From Setoptus koraiensis (lineage: Eukaryota; Animalia; Arthropoda): 64,000 nucleotides of DNA. Made by a program: the position numbers and the translations under genes. Below, piece by piece: positions 32,847 through 43,540 of the stretch. Location of the stretch: assembly GCA_048013815.1 (NCBI GenBank), contig CM106586.1:21638001-21702000 (forward strand), given 5' to 3'. Below the pieces are notes generated by a model that was given only the letters and a program-made list of their open reading frames with translations, did no database searches and was not told the DNA's origin. The stretch's first letter is position 1, and every line of letters begins with the position of its first letter.

Positions 32847-33691
32847 TGTCACCCTGAACACTAAACAATCAGTCACCAGAAATCATAGCCTTAAAAAGTG
32901 CTCCGTCATTAGTCTCTCTATTCACAATTCTGTTGGTACATATATTGGAACTATTTTCAATGATCGCATGGCACGGGAAGGAACACTCATCACAGATTGA
33001 GTGACCTTGTCACAAACTGCAGTTGAGACTCCAACGTTGTGTCGTATTCTGCCTGCTGTCAGGACATGAAAAATCTATTACGGAAATGTAATAATTCGCG
33101 AAAGAATCCAACAATGTGTGAATCTTGACTACTCTTTCTTTCCTCGTCGTCCTTTTTCTTGTGTTGTATTTGCCATATGTTCATTATATGTCTGTTGAAA
33201 TGTGACTCCAAAATAGCATCCAGATATACGACTCCCAGCGCGAGGCTCCCATCTCCCGTTGGCCGTTGCACCATTGGGGTTTGGAGTCTCGGTGAGTTAT
33301 CAAAATCTCTCAAATCTGTTCCTCTTGGGATTCCGATAACTCACAAGATCTCTCACATAAGATGATTCGAGAGTACGTCACCTGAAGTGAGCACAACGAA
33401 GCCTGGAAGTCTCCCCGGCGGGCGAACAGAGGAGCTGAAAACATTCCACACCTCCCGCGTACTGCAGCAGCGAGTGGAGAGGAGTGCCAGCGAACACGAA
33501 AGTCACATTTTTGAACTGTCTGTTTTACAAGTGTCTGTTTGTGCGTGCGCCATCTTACTATTTTTGTTGTTGATGCTATATCAATCAGTGATATTGTTGT
33601 TGATTGTATATTTATTTATATCATTATCATCATTTTTATCATATCATTAATATTATTATTGACATCATATATCATATGAGTTAAGACAAAC

Positions 33692-34547
33692 ATGAATATT
33701 AGAATTCCATATTTATTAGCGTCTAAGTTATGGGCATTCATTTGCAATATACTCAAGAAACAAACGAGGACTTTAATCCAGCATCAAACTATTAAATATG
33801 ACTTACCACCAATATCACCTTTATCCAGGCACAGATTGAGCATTGTTTGCAGGAAGACATTAGTTTTAGATTTGGATGAGACATTGATCCATTCGCATCA
33901 CGATGGTGTCGTCAGGCAGGCAGCAGTTAAGCCTGGTACGCCGCCTGATTTCGTTCTTAGAGTTCTAATCGATGGACATCCAGTTAGATTTTTTGTACAT
34001 AAACGACCGCATGTTGACTTTTTCCTCAGCGTGGTAAGTATGCAAATAAGGACGCTGTGTCATAGGCCAAAATCGATCAATCGTGATCGAATTTTCAATT
34101 ATTATTCACCAAAGAAAACATAACTCATTCCAACAACCCTTTCTCTATTATCCATTCTTACGATGACCTTAGATCAGCCAATGGTATGATCTAGTTGTGT
34201 TCACAGCAAGCATGGAAATATATGGCAGCGCCGTAGCTGATCGTCTAGACAATGATCGAGGTATATTGAGAAGAAGATATTTTCGCCAACATTGCGTATT
34301 AGACTACGGCAGCTATACCAAAGATCTATCAGCTATAACTAATGACATGTCCAAAGTTTTCATACTTGATAATTCGCCATCAGCCTATCGGGCGTACCCT
34401 GACAACGCGATCCCGATAAAATCATGGTTCTCAGATGCCCATGATACAGCTCTGTTGAACCTTTTGCCCGTTCTAGATGCATTAAGATTTTGCACTGATG
34501 TCCGATCTGTACTCGGCCGGAATCTACATCTTCATAATCTGTGGTAA
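33692..34547 (+). CDS. CTDNEP1: CTD nuclear envelope phosphatase 1 (dullard)
   Basis: Exons 33692-34033 and 34173-34547 are in frame. HAD motif '[12 protein letters not shown]', 'KRPHVDFFL', 'FTASMEIYG', 'DNSPSAYR'. An alternative micro first exon ATGATTCGAGA|GTACGT at 33362-33372 is possible. Confidence 0.93.
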
Positions 34548-34709
34548 ACGCACTTATAGAAATTTATTATCATTGCTATTACTATAGAAGAAAGAAAATT
34601 ACTATCATCAAACATACATTTACATAAACTTTCAATATTTAAAACCCACCAGAGGAGGAATCTATTTGAGAAAGAAAAACTGTTGAGCTCTAGGCGAAAC
34701 TTAGATTAA

Positions 34710-35492
34710 TTATTGCTCTTGTTGACCCAACTCTCCTTGCAGTAGTTTTCTCACATGGCGAGCTATCTTGACTCGTTTCCTTTTTCTAGTATGAGATCGT
34801 TGGTCTTGAGTCTCATCCTTGGTGTCGGTCTTGGAGGGGAGTTTCTTCTTTTTACATGATAGAGGATTTGGTCCCCGAGGTCCCTTTCTTTTTTTCTTCT
34901 TCAGTTCCTTGCTCTCTGTTCGCTCTTGGTCACTATCTAGTTCTTCTTTTTTTAGGATGTCTAACAGTTCTTTTTGATCCGAGCTTATACAATTTGTGAG
35001 AGTTTTATGTTTAGTTTCTACAGTCTCCTGCAGAAGCTGGGGTGGTTCTTCCATGATCATGGTGTTATTTTTCAGTTTAAGCAATGGGCAAACAACATTC
35101 TTCCTAACCATCTGCCTTAGCTTGTTATCTTGAGTTGCAATAAAGTAGTGGTCTTTGTTTCCATCTCTCGAAACCATGGATAACAGACATTGTGTGGCAC
35201 CAATAGGTTTATCATGATCACATTTTCTGGTTGAAAATTGCTTTATGATTAGCGTTGCTCCATGGACAGCACTTCCGAGTGATTGGCTCTCATTAATAAC
35301 GCAAGCAGTGGTTAGTAATTTGCATTCGCCTCCAAGATATTTTGTTATCTGCTCCTGAATATTCACTTTGTTATCTAATGCTACCTGACAAAATGTGCCG
35401 TCTAGCAAAACTTGATAGGGTGTGCGGAAGCCGAAATTGTTCCTAAAAAGAGACATATAACGTCCGACACGCTTATACCTTTTTATTTTCAT
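34710..35492 (-). CDS. UTP23: rRNA-processing protein UTP23 (PIN-like)
   Basis: 'MKIKRYKR...FGFRTPYQVLLDGTFC', 'YFIATQD', and C-terminal 'KGPRGPNPLSCKKKK'. Confidence 0.95.
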   Translation of the reverse strand: MKIKRYKRVGRYMSLFRNNFGFRTPYQVLLDGTFCQVALDNKVNIQEQITKYLGGECKLLTTACVINESQSLGSAVHGATLIIKQFSTRKCDHDKPIGATQCLLSMVSRDGNKDHYFIATQDNKLRQMVRKNVVCPLLKLKNNTMIMEEPPQLLQETVETKHKTLTNCISSDQKELLDILKKEELDSDQERTESKELKKKKRKGPRGPNPLSCKKKKLPSKTDTKDETQDQRSHTRKRKRVKIARHVRKLLQGELGQQEQ

Positions 35493-35880
35493 CTCGAAAT
35501 AGGGATTTGTATATTGGATTGATAAGCTAAGGCCGAGGGATAGTCATTGTCCGACGGGATTGATAAAACACGACATGTGACACAAAACCTCGTGCCACGA
35601 ATGACTAATGCACACCTCTCAACAGATGGCGTCACGACATGTTTCAAGGCGGTAAAATTGGATAGAATCGGACGTGACTGTCAGCAACGAGAATAAGTAG
35701 TGATGGGCCGCGACAGATCGAAAGAACGAAGTCAATTATCGAGTACGGAGAAACAGATGGGCACTGGGAAGAAATTCTTTCTATGGATGACTCAAGAGAA
35801 TTGGAGATTTTTTTATATTCCTATAACTAAGACGAATAATAACGCACATACATATCTCAACGATTACCTACAGTGAGCAC

Positions 35881-36483
35881 TCAACTGTAGTGCAACTTCT
35901 TTGTCTCCTCCCAATCCTTGAGGGCAGAAGGAGTCGAATAAGGTACAGGGTCCGGCTTAGCGAATTCTGCAGCTTGCTCTCTAGTTAGACCTGGTGATTT
36001 CTCATAATGAGGAGCAATACTAGGTCTTGTGTGATGCAGAGACCAATCAGGGAAAGTTAGCGTGAAATCCTCTAAATTCATATCTTTGACTGGTATCATC
36101 TTTTCGAACTTTTCCTTGATTTCATGTGCCTTCGCGATTAAAACTCGTGATTTTTCAGTCGCTGCCTTCAATTTTTGTGTGTGGTCATCTTGGATTGCCT
36201 TCAATTCTTGAAACCTTGACTCGGGGGCAACTGGATATTCCACTTTCACCGATTTAAATGATTTCTCAAGTTCATCCACTAGTTTTGGGTCAGAGGCATT
36301 AGCCCGATAGTAGCTCCAATCAATAGCTGGTAACTTGTCTGGTAGGGCGGCCATTTTTTGAATATTACCATCGCAAAAAGCCTTCAATTTGTTCAGCTTG
36401 GCCTGCTCTTGTTTGGGAACAAGAGATGCCAGTTTAGACCAGTCCGTCTTCAACTTAGCGACAGCTCTAGCTGCGGATGCCAT
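35881..36483 (-). CDS. ATP5PD: Mitochondrial ATP synthase subunit d
   Basis: 'DWSKLASLVP', 'LPDKLPAIDWSYYRA', 'VDELEKSFKSVKVEYP', 'IPVKDMNLEDF'. Confidence 0.92.
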   Translation of the reverse strand: MASAARAVAKLKTDWSKLASLVPKQEQAKLNKLKAFCDGNIQKMAALPDKLPAIDWSYYRANASDPKLVDELEKSFKSVKVEYPVAPESRFQELKAIQDDHTQKLKAATEKSRVLIAKAHEIKEKFEKMIPVKDMNLEDFTLTFPDWSLHHTRPSIAPHYEKSPGLTREQAAEFAKPDPVPYSTPSALKDWEETKKLHYS

Positions 36484-36765
36484 TATCAGTAATATTTAGC
36501 TACAATTATGGAGAGGTTCCTAGGTGTGAACGAATCGGCTGCTAACGATCTATGATAAATCAAGAATAGGTTTGCTGATGAGGTCCCCTATTTTTTATTG
36601 AAATTATTGAAGGACAACTATCACTGTGTGCTTTTATTCGCTGTTGTTTTCATGCCGTAGAAGCTTTATCAGCTCTCCTCACAGAGCATGCGCGCGGCAA
36701 GTTCAAATTCGAATAATTTTTTTTTTTTACAGTTATGAAAAAAGAGAAGTTTGAATTCCATGTCG

Positions 36766-37521
36766 TCAGTACCAATACATTGGGTATGGAGTTCTGTGAT
36801 CTCTAATACCATGTTGCTCACATATATCCATCTCGAAGGTCTTCACTTCTGGTTTGAATGTAACTTTAGTAACTATATCAGCTGGGGTATCTTTCGGTTG
36901 TTCATTGTATTGTTCCCTTTTAGTGTAGTCATAAGTCATGTGGGCTTGCTTCGGAATAGGTATGCTTCTACCAGTTCTTACAGATAATCTGACTCTATTT
37001 CCATCAGCGTCATATTGCCATTCTATGTCTGTCGGCATAAGATCGGTCGGGTCCACAAGTTTGACCTCATGGTTAATGAGAAGCGGTTCCTCTCTTGCAA
37101 CTATCTGACCGTACGACTCATCAGATTCCATAAGACGCTCTCTAGACAAATTTAGTCCCTCAACACACACCCAGTTTCTCTCGTGTACTATGTATTTGAC
37201 AAGTCCCTGTTTTCCTTTATCCTTGCCTTTCAAGATCTCAACACGATCCCCCAGATACATTGGAAAGTATCGAATAGGTTCAACGAATACTTTCCTGATC
37301 TTCACACCGTTTCGATTTAGAAGTTCAAACTCTCTTTCCCAAGGCCTCCAAATGTCATAATATGCATTTCTCTTGTATCTGTATACTTTTTTTATAAATT
37401 GAGGGAGATTTGGCTTCTTCGTTTCTATAAATCTCGTGTGCCTCTTGACGTAACGCGATGGCATATTGTGATATGTCTCTGGAAGGCGTGAAGCGCATTT
37501 CAGAAGTTGGGTGAACCTCAT
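36766..37521 (-). CDS. MRPL24: Mitochondrial ribosomal protein L24
   Basis: KOW motif 'GDRVEILKGKDKGKQG', 'ERNWVCVEGLN', 'EEPLL..EVKLVDPTD', and C-terminal 'YWY'. Confidence 0.95.
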   Translation of the reverse strand: MRFTQLLKCASRLPETYHNMPSRYVKRHTRFIETKKPNLPQFIKKVYRYKRNAYYDIWRPWEREFELLNRNGVKIRKVFVEPIRYFPMYLGDRVEILKGKDKGKQGLVKYIVHERNWVCVEGLNLSRERLMESDESYGQIVAREEPLLINHEVKLVDPTDLMPTDIEWQYDADGNRVRLSVRTGRSIPIPKQAHMTYDYTKREQYNEQPKDTPADIVTKVTFKPEVKTFEMDICEQHGIRDHRTPYPMYWY

Positions 37522-38064
37522 ATCCGAATCCTTTTTTGGTATGATATGGTAGTGATGATTAATGATCCAATTATTAGATAATCAATATAACTGTAAGAGA
37601 AAATTCAACGAAATCTTTAAAGCACTCGGCCCTGACGCTGCAAAACTTGAATGCGCCCTCTTCAGTATATATATCGAATTATATGAAATAAGCATGGGAG
37701 CCTCTTTTTTCTTTCAAATCAACCGCTTCTCTTCAATTCATTAATACATCACATGTGCAAATCATGTGTGCAACAATTTCGTTCTTCACAGCGTCTTCAG
37801 TTATCCATGGTTAAGCTGCACGATGAATTACATGCCGCCGAATGAGCGCTCAGATTAGTACTTTGAAACCCAACTAATTCTGTCACCGGTTGCTATCCGC
37901 ACGTGTTGTACAAAGAAGAATTGTCCTCGTCGATCTATTGCCATTTCAGATGTATTAATCTCAATTCACCAACTGCGTTATTATATTACTCTTTATCATA
38001 TAGATGATAGATATTATTCAACCGATTAGTTTACTCAAGAAATTCGTTGCAACTGAAATCAAAC

Positions 38065-41000
38065 ATGGTACGCAGTATCAACCCATTTGATGTTCAGGTG
38101 AATGATGTAACTCTGGTAGAGTTAGAAAGATGGCTTTCATCTGAATATTTGGAGAAATTCTTTGGAAACCTCAACAGATATTATTCTGCTCTGAGAAGTA
38201 TCAAAACGGACTTGAATGTCCCAACTCTGTTACCTCCGCTAGATATGCCGTCCAAGCATCTACCAGATGAGCAAGACCAAGAAAAAGCTCTAGATGATTA
38301 TTGTTCCTATTTGAAAATAATTGAACAGGTTGTATCTAAGAACAGGATTCATAGTTTAGCCATTGTTGAGAGCTCAAGATTCAACTGCATCGCCACATTC
38401 GTTGGACTAATAATGTGCCCGATTCCTAAAAAATTGAAAGTCTCTCTCATAGACTGTTGTGCAGCCTCAGCCAAAGCGGCTCCAGAAACTGCTTTGGCCC
38501 TTTGGAACAAATTAGGAGTATTAGTCCCCGCATTAGCGAATAACAAGACAGGCTTGCCGAGTGGATCTTCAGAATGGCAGAGCGGCATCATGATGGAAAT
38601 AGAAGACCTTGAGCCCCGTGCACAGCAGTATTCTCTCACAATCAGCTTCATCAAACTATTAGAAAATGTTTTGGGTAGTATAGCTCATCATCAATATATT
38701 CAACAGCAAGCTTCATTAGAAACGTGCCTCAATCTAGTGATCAATCTGGTTATGTTGAAGTTAAACTCCAGGCAATTCAACAAGAAAGAGGAGAAATGGA
38801 TTATTTTAAACTCATGCATCTCTACACTCTACTACTTTGTTTCTATTTATGATCCAGCAACTGATGGGACATCCAGCAGATGTTCATTTCGATTGATGTC
38901 TCAGATACTTCAAGATGGGGCTATATTCAAATGTCTGATGTTGAATATTGAAGATGTCGTTGATGAAATGGAGTTTGCTCTTGTGAACAGTACACAACCG
39001 AACGAGGATGGCATACAGAATATTAGCCTGAGCGAGAATGGAAACAAAGATCAGAATGAATGTAACTCTTTAATGGATAATTACGTTGTGCTAGCACTCA
39101 AATTACTCAATTGTCTATTCGAAAAACAATCTGGCTTCATGGAGATAATCAGACATATACTTGGATATCCTACTGCTTCAAATGTTAAACTCAACGTACT
39201 TCTAAATGGTGTAAACTACAGGGCCGGCGCCGTCGATCGGCTAGCAACTCTAGTTAGAGTCGTTGCTCTTTGCTCTCCAGAATCTTGCAACCAAGCACTA
39301 CTTCTACTGAGATCCGTCATGGAAGAGCAACCTAATCTTGCCCAACAAATTTCCTTGCATTTGAGCTCGTCTAAATCACAATTAGTTCATGGAGACAATC
39401 TAGTCACGATATTCGTCAACTGCTTATCATCAGAGACGAAAGAAGTTAGAATTGGCGCATTGAGGCTTATATCATCTTGCTTGAACTACAAATCTGGTAG
39501 TGGAAGAGCTTTTTACAACTTGGGACACGAGTTATTAGGTTTCGATCACCACATGACAACGTTGCGCCTGCCAGATTCAGAGGGAAAGACGTTCGATTGT
39601 CTTCATTCCATAATCGGTCTTTTTAGTCCTGAATCATTTACTCACCCTGAAATCAAAGAAGAACGAACCTATGGCCTTGAAATTCTACATAAGATATGTG
39701 TTGATGGTAAGACTTGTGACATATCCTTGCGATTCTTGCGCACAAGTTATGAATTCATAACAAAATACCTCAACAGCCTTTATCGACTTTTCGATAACTC
39801 TTCGCCGTCAAAACTTATAGAGGAACGACTCGATGAGTTAGTCTGGTTCCTCAGGCTAATTGCGGTTGAAGTGAAACTTACTTCAGAGAGGAATATGCGT
39901 TCGATTATAACAAATTATATGAATCTACTTGTGGCCGACAAACCTCGCCGCCTACTGGAACTATTACCAAGCTCAGTATGCGCCCATTCTCACCCTCCCA
40001 TGCCTAGTTGGGAATGTTTTGACAGTGATGAAGTTTGGCAACTCATCGTAGATCAAGCAGACAACAATGTAGTGATAGATCTGAAAAATCTTCGCCATAA
40101 ACTACTCAGTGAGGTCAAGATTATTCATTCAAGATTGGGAAGCGCACAAAACGATATGGTCAGGAATGAAGTTGAGGAAATTTCCGCATTCGCCACCCAA
40201 CTCAATGCATCATATAAACAGCAAACCATTAAATGTGCTTATTTCAATGCCTGGCGCGAATTGACAGAAACCATAATGACAGTCAATGCGTTGAAAGGTT
40301 TCGAAGAAGATCTCACAGTTAGAATACTTTTCGAAATTATCCATGAATTGATGTCGAGGACTAACTTGCCCTATTTTAGCTACTCCAACTTATTTACTCC
40401 TATTACATCTACAGTTTTAATTGCTTCGTCAACTTTACACGACATTGGCCCTAAGACTTCTACAACAACCGATTTTGTAGCAATTGTGAATACAATCAGA
40501 GTTCTACTTGAACAAACATCTGGATTACTGTGGGGTCAACTCAAGAGAGCCCGCGTGAATCTATATTCTGCCTATCTACATGCGTCGAGAGCGTTACCAG
40601 GAAAGTTATTAGCGGACCTCAAGTTTAGTCCGTCACTTATTGAAAAAATTTGCAAAGACGCGATACGAGGCGAGACAGTTACAAAAGTAGTCGCAATATC
40701 CATTCTGACTGAGTCTGATCTATCTTGGGTGAATGACGCAACTCGCGATGGATCTTTACGACTGCTCCTTGAAAGTTTACTTGCAGACGACGCCGAGATT
40801 GTTGCTACAAAATGTGAAGTGGTTACTAAAGCGTTTTATGCTTTCGAATCTAAAGTAACACTGTTCACCAAGATAGCCTCTACTCTTAATGGAGCCAAAC
40901 AACTAGTGCATCTCAACTTGATGGATATAATCACATCTCTCAAATCAACTGAATCATACTTATTCGTCTTGAATGAGAAGAATATTTGCCAGAAGCTATT

Positions 41001-41691
41001 CATATCAGTTGTGCGTCTGATGAGGACTCTTAGTATAACTTTGAGGGCAAACAATCGAAATCTATTGATGATGAAGTACCCTAAGATCTATAGTGAAATA
41101 CTTCGAAATATTCCAGTCCTCACGAAGCACCATGAAGGTCTTGATTCCTTATTGGTTATGACTTCTCTACTTTCCCAGATCATTGTGCATGCTGATACCA
41201 GGTTGAGGCACGATTTTGTTACTACTTTGCAACACTTTACCGACGGAATCGGAGAGATGGAGATGAAGATACTGGCAAATGTATTAATTGGATGCATGAA
41301 AATACTCAAGGCAGAGTCTTACATGGTGGCACCACTTTTCGCACCAGTTTGGAATCCCTCAAATCCATCCGTTATGATGTCTCAGCAAGGTCTTGGAGTA
41401 CTCATCACTGTAATCAATAACGTCTCAGAACAGCATCCAAGCAGCCCAGGAGATCATACAGTAAGGGAAACGGTTTTGGATATTTGTATCTATCTTATTT
41501 GGTTTCATATGAAGTTATACACAGACACTGATTATCATTCAGAAGTATCACGAGATCTTGATGCATTCAAAAGCGAGACTCAAGTGGTGTTGAGTGATGG
41601 CTTCTTTAACCGAATATCGTCCTGCAAGAGCGACTTTGTTGAGGTTTTTTCCCGAAGATTGAAAAAATTAGTACGAGCAAAAACACAATGA
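38065..41691 (+). CDS. NUP205: Nucleoporin NUP205/Nup192-like, shortened (~1208 aa), single exon as seen
   Basis: Long alpha-helical ORF with NUP205-like segments ('GIMMEIEDLEPRAQQYSLTISFIKLL', 'YNLGHELLGFD', 'LRFLRTSYEF', 'WFLRLIAVEVK', 'RARVNLYSAYL'). First ATG at 38065; an in-frame stop lies shortly upstream. Confidence 0.82.
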   Translation: MVRSINPFDVQVNDVTLVELERWLSSEYLEKFFGNLNRYYSALRSIKTDLNVPTLLPPLDMPSKHLPDEQDQEKALDDYCSYLKIIEQVVSKNRIHSLAIVESSRFNCIATFVGLIMCPIPKKLKVSLIDCCAASAKAAPETALALWNKLGVLVPALANNKTGLPSGSSEWQSGIMMEIEDLEPRAQQYSLTISFIKLLENVLGSIAHHQYIQQQASLETCLNLVINLVMLKLNSRQFNKKEEKWIILNSCISTLYYFVSIYDPATDGTSSRCSFRLMSQILQDGAIFKCLMLNIEDVVDEMEFALVNSTQPNEDGIQNISLSENGNKDQNECNSLMDNYVVLALKLLNCLFEKQSGFMEIIRHILGYPTASNVKLNVLLNGVNYRAGAVDRLATLVRVVALCSPESCNQALLLLRSVMEEQPNLAQQISLHLSSSKSQLVHGDNLVTIFVNCLSSETKEVRIGALRLISSCLNYKSGSGRAFYNLGHELLGFDHHMTTLRLPDSEGKTFDCLHSIIGLFSPESFTHPEIKEERTYGLEILHKICVDGKTCDISLRFLRTSYEFITKYLNSLYRLFDNSSPSKLIEERLDELVWFLRLIAVEVKLTSERNMRSIITNYMNLLVADKPRRLLELLPSSVCAHSHPPMPSWECFDSDEVWQLIVDQADNNVVIDLKNLRHKLLSEVKIIHSRLGSAQNDMVRNEVEEISAFATQLNASYKQQTIKCAYFNAWRELTETIMTVNALKGFEEDLTVRILFEIIHELMSRTNLPYFSYSNLFTPITSTVLIASSTLHDIGPKTSTTTDFVAIVNTIRVLLEQTSGLLWGQLKRARVNLYSAYLHASRALPGKLLADLKFSPSLIEKICKDAIRGETVTKVVAISILTESDLSWVNDATRDGSLRLLLESLLADDAEIVATKCEVVTKAFYAFESKVTLFTKIASTLNGAKQLVHLNLMDIITSLKSTESYLFVLNEKNICQKLFISVVRLMRTLSITLRANNRNLLMMKYPKIYSEILRNIPVLTKHHEGLDSLLVMTSLLSQIIVHADTRLRHDFVTTLQHFTDGIGEMEMKILANVLIGCMKILKAESYMVAPLFAPVWNPSNPSVMMSQQGLGVLITVINNVSEQHPSSPGDHTVRETVLDICIYLIWFHMKLYTDTDYHSEVSRDLDAFKSETQVVLSDGFFNRISSCKSDFVEVFSRRLKKLVRAKTQ

Positions 41692-41805
41692 AATTTATCT
41701 GGATTTGTGTAGATGTATATTTATATCAGATTAGATTCAGCGTTTGGCCAAGATGTAATTGACAATATGTATATATAATTATATTAGTAAATTGGATAGA
41801 AATGT

Positions 41806-42009
41806 TTAAAATACGACGCATTTGCCCCTATCAATCCAGGGATTGTTTTTCTTGTCCGGAGGGTGAATCAGCGGGTCATTGGGCTCGTTCTGTTCAATGA
41901 AATCCTTGATGGCCTTTATTGATTTTGATGATTGCCACCGTTCCATATTAGCTTGGAAGGTAAGGTTTTCAATTTGTAGCCTGAGAGCTTCGCTATCTAG
42001 ATCCATCAT
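41806..42009 (-). CDS. Heterotrimeric G-protein gamma subunit (Ggamma30A-like)
   Basis: '[18 protein letters not shown]', '[15 protein letters not shown]', and CaaX 'CVVF'. A probable 5'-UTR intron spans 42339-42022 (GTAAGC...CCTAG). Confidence 0.92.
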   Translation of the reverse strand: MMDLDSEALRLQIENLTFQANMERWQSSKSIKAIKDFIEQNEPNDPLIHPPDKKNNPWIDRGKCVVF

Positions 42010-43540
42010 TGGAGAAGATTTCTAGGATTTCTTATTGTCTAAATTATTATGATTATTGAATAGGTATAGAGTACAAAAAAAAAACTCTGTATGTTTAAGC
42101 GGATTGGATATTTCGATTGATCGAGAGTGGATTATTTATGAAAATGGCCTAATATCTATGATTGGGCGTGTTCGAGAAGATGCCAAAGCTAAATGTTCAC
42201 TCGTGACGCTTCTATCGAGGTTCAGCGCAAACACACAGGCATACATAAGAACTTTCTTTGAAAAAATAATTTATTTCTGCGCTGTGCCACTAACAAAAGC
42301 ACTACCAAAGGCAGGAGTTGTGCCAACAACTGTGCTTACTTTGTATAATTCAGCGAACACAACATCTACAGTGAGGCACGAGGTTAGGGAGATTCGATGG
42401 AGGCCCCGCGAAGCTATAGCGGACCCGTATTTGTGCCGAGCAGTACAGGGTGTAAACTGTTCGCAAACATGGCGAACAAGGCTAGATTTGTTAGGTGAGA
42501 CCATCAAATCAGATGTCCGGTGCAAGGCGAAACAACGGTCAGAGGAGGCGCCATTTTTGAACCAATTTTGAAGTGCACCGTTATTGCATCGATGATTGAT
42601 TTTGTAGCCGACTTGGAAAATGTTACATCCATTCTCCTATGATACATGAATGCGGTACGATCGGATCTGATCTGCAACTTTAATCCTGCAGCACATCTGA
42701 CCGCAACGCCAAAACAAAACTTTGTCGTAAACAAGCGTGTTTGCTATCATCACGTTATCAGATTTGATCATCCGTCAGTTTCTTCGTCATATCTACAAAA
42801 TGAAGTTGTAAACAAGTAGATAAAGTATTACTGTCACCTATTGTTGTTCAAATTTCAGATGGATAAATGCAGATAATGCACTTGTGTGATCGCCTTTCAA
42901 TGTCTAAAACATTTGAGCTATGTAATAGAGGGGGCAAGGTGCGCCAGCGTCACTTTAGATTCTGAAGTTCAGAATACTCAATGAAGCTTGGAGTGTTTCG
43001 TTAAATCTTATTCCTGTATTTCTTTGTTTTGATTGCGCGGTTTACTGCGAGTGGCCGGTGGTGACGAGAGGGTCGCATCCCCTGTGCCGCCTTCTTCGGA
43101 TTCCTGCTGCAGACAAGCATTTCACCGAACTTCTTTCATGGTGCCACAGGAAAGCATAGCAGCGCCGCCTCTGCTGAATATTTGCGCACCAATGTTTTCG
43201 CCATGACACATTGCATAGGAATTGCTGATGGTGCTCGTTCGGTGTACATGTTGAGCCCCTTTGCAGATATCAAACTAGATCTATTTGTGGCACCATCCAA
43301 GCTCCAACAGCTCCAAAGAAATATCACCGTAATAAATAGATGCCACACATAAACAGATAAATCTATTGATAGCGAGGACCAACTTAAAACATCCACTCAA
43401 ATGCATGTGGATTTTTGCACGACAAGCTGTAGTTGCGATACCATATAGTAAACAGAGATAAAGGATTGTTCAATTAGTTCGATTCGGTTGTCTATAAAAC
43501 TGTGCCAACATTATTTAATATCAAAATTTGCCAGACAAAT

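Noticed and set aside
33387-33510. RNase MRP-like RNA (GGAAGTCTCCCCGG, GAGTGCCA)
   Set aside because: No matching CR-V/P4 partner; it probably lies in the first intron or 5' region of CTDNEP1. An Rfam scan would settle it.
42270-42560. Structured ncRNA or telomerase-RNA candidate (CCUAACCU template-like 8-mer on the - strand at 42381-42388, plus hairpins)
   Set aside because: An 8-mer is expected about twice per window by chance. A strong donor at 42339 and an acceptor at 42022 explain the region better as the G-gamma 5' UTR exon and intron.
42056-42571. 171-aa plus-strand ORF (alternative start codon)
   Set aside because: No recognisable domain; antisense to the G-gamma 5' UTR and intron.
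43035-43095. tRNA-like sequence (GGGTCGCATCCC resembling a T-loop)
   Set aside because: No acceptor stem or anticodon arm can be formed. No convincing tRNA or rRNA was found anywhere in the window.
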